This document shows, one piece after another, positions 62,796-64,000 of a stretch of 64,000 nucleotides of DNA (position 1 is its first letter; each line of letters starts with the position of its first letter). Source of the DNA: an uncultured Nitrososphaerales archaeon. Lineage in GTDB: Archaea > Thermoproteota > Nitrososphaeria > Nitrososphaerales > Nitrososphaeraceae. The stretch is from NCBI GenBank assembly GCA_963841565.1, contig CAWJCY010000012.1:160001-224000 (forward strand), read 5' to 3'. The notes beneath the pieces are model-generated. The model was not told the origin of the DNA. It ran no database searches and worked only from the letters and a program-made list of their open reading frames with translations. A program made the position numbers and the translations under genes.

Positions 62796-64000
62796 TTAAG
62801 TTCTCCTAGTTTTTGCTTTCTTCCCCCCACCAAAGCAGGTCCTAAGGATTAATTTGCCGTATCCTAAAGAGTTTTCATCTACCGATCCCTCATTCATGAT
62901 AATCTTGCCTCTTACTATCGTCGTAACCGGCCAGCCAGTCAAATTCCATCCATCATATATTGTGTAGTCTGAATTTGACAGCAACAGATCCGGGGTCACA
63001 GTTTTCTGCATTTGAAGATCGATAATAGTAAGATCAGCATCTGAGCCGTTCATAATGGTTCCTTTCGAAGGATACATATCAAATATTCTGGCAGTACTAT
63101 AGGAAGTTACCTCTACTAGTCTTTCAAGAGTTATTCTATCCTTATTCACGCCCTCACTTAATAAAACTGGCAGCATCGTTCCCATACCAGGAAATCCAGA
63201 AAGTGCAGTCCAAAGGTCTCCCTTGCCTTCTTTCAATGATAGAGTGTTTGCAACATGATCCGTCCCCACAGTATCAATTATTCCATTCCTCAGACCGTAC
63301 CACATACTTTGCAGGTCTGATTTCGAGCGAAGTGGAGGCACAACTTTTCCCTTAACACTACTAAAATCAGCGGTGTGGGTTAGATAATGTGGGCATGTTT
63401 CCACATAGGTGACTAAATTGCCTCGCTCTTTCTCGCTAATAATTGCATCAAGGGCGACCGTAGAGCCAATATGTGCGAAATATAGCTTAGAATTGTATTT
63501 TCTTCCTAGTTTTGCTATTCTCGAAATACTTACTGATTCTGATATCGGTGGCCTACTATCTGACCACTTTTGGAGATCTGATTCTTTTGGGTCTGATTTA
63601 TCGAGTAGCTTTTGCCTTGAGGTGTTCTCAGCGCAGATAGCTGGATCTTCAGCGTGTATAATTATAGTAGAATTTTTGTGCGAACAACTTTTCAAAATGT
63701 TCTCAATTAGATCATCATTCATGTTTACCTCGCACTCATTCAATTCTGAATTCCCCGGATCTAGGTCCATAAGAATGCGATTATAATCATTCCCTAAATT
63801 CATGTATACTTTGAATGAGCTTATGTTCATATCGTTGATTAGAAATGGAATATCCTTTAGCTGTTCATAAGTTAGAATTGAAGCATGAATCGAATAGTCA
63901 ATGTAATGATTCATGGAACTCATCCGGAATTGGTCGCTCAATTTCCTATAACTCCCATTTAGTCGGAGCATTCGAATTACAGAAGTAATCCCACCAAGTG
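62796..64000 (-). CDS. Cyclic amidohydrolase (dihydroorotase/hydantoinase/allantoinase family), 5' end outside window
   Basis: GGITS, SFKVYM, HAED, ETCPHYL, VPPLR, GTDH and GSDADL motifs; frame is open to the window edge. Confidence 0.9.
   Translation of the reverse strand, partial: LGGITSVIRMLRLNGSYRKLSDQFRMSSMNHYIDYSIHASILTYEQLKDIPFLINDMNISSFKVYMNLGNDYNRILMDLDPGNSELNECEVNMNDDLIENILKSCSHKNSTIIIHAEDPAICAENTSRQKLLDKSDPKESDLQKWSDSRPPISESVSISRIAKLGRKYNSKLYFAHIGSTVALDAIISEKERGNLVTYVETCPHYLTHTADFSSVKGKVVPPLRSKSDLQSMWYGLRNGIIDTVGTDHVANTLSLKEGKGDLWTALSGFPGMGTMLPVLLSEGVNKDRITLERLVEVTSYSTARIFDMYPSKGTIMNGSDADLTIIDLQMQKTVTPDLLLSNSDYTIYDGWNLTGWPVTTIVRGKIIMNEGSVDENSLGYGKLILRTCFGGGKKAKTRRT

Noticed and set aside
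1-64000. Mobile elements, proviruses, defence systems or CRISPR at tRNA sites
   Set aside because: No integrase, transposase, att duplication of tRNA 3' ends or repeat-spacer array was seen.

Overview
A 64-kb core-genome segment of an ammonia-oxidising archaeon. Gene content and order (AOA-type complex III with a cupredoxin, sdhABCD, phaE, purP, folP, cbiH, Alba, PCNA, archaeal r-proteins) point to Nitrososphaerota, most likely Nitrososphaerales. It holds about 60 protein genes and 6 tRNAs: Thr-CGU, Arg-UCU, Arg-UCG, Pro-CGG, Gln-UUG and Leu-UAG. Three tRNAs carry introns, two of them at non-canonical positions. No CRISPR array, transposase, integrase or rRNA was seen. About a dozen frameshifts, mostly +1 insertions, hit even essential genes and look like consensus errors rather than pseudogenes. 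The best leads are: (i) a short HEAT-repeat protein resembling exactly one half of eukaryotic deoxyhypusine hydroxylase (DOHH), a candidate homodimeric archaeal di-iron hydroxylase; (ii) a phaE / haloarchaeal-type phaR / serine-hydrolase cluster without phaC; (iii) a rhomboid protease fused to an Hsp20-like domain; (iv) a glycoside hydrolase with a DUF6379-like N-terminal domain; (v) a tRNA-Leu with two introns around a 4-nt exon and a tRNA-Gln with a D-stem intron; (vi) a degenerate nucleotide-sugar dehydrogenase homologue. All family assignments come from motif recognition by eye; no searches were run.
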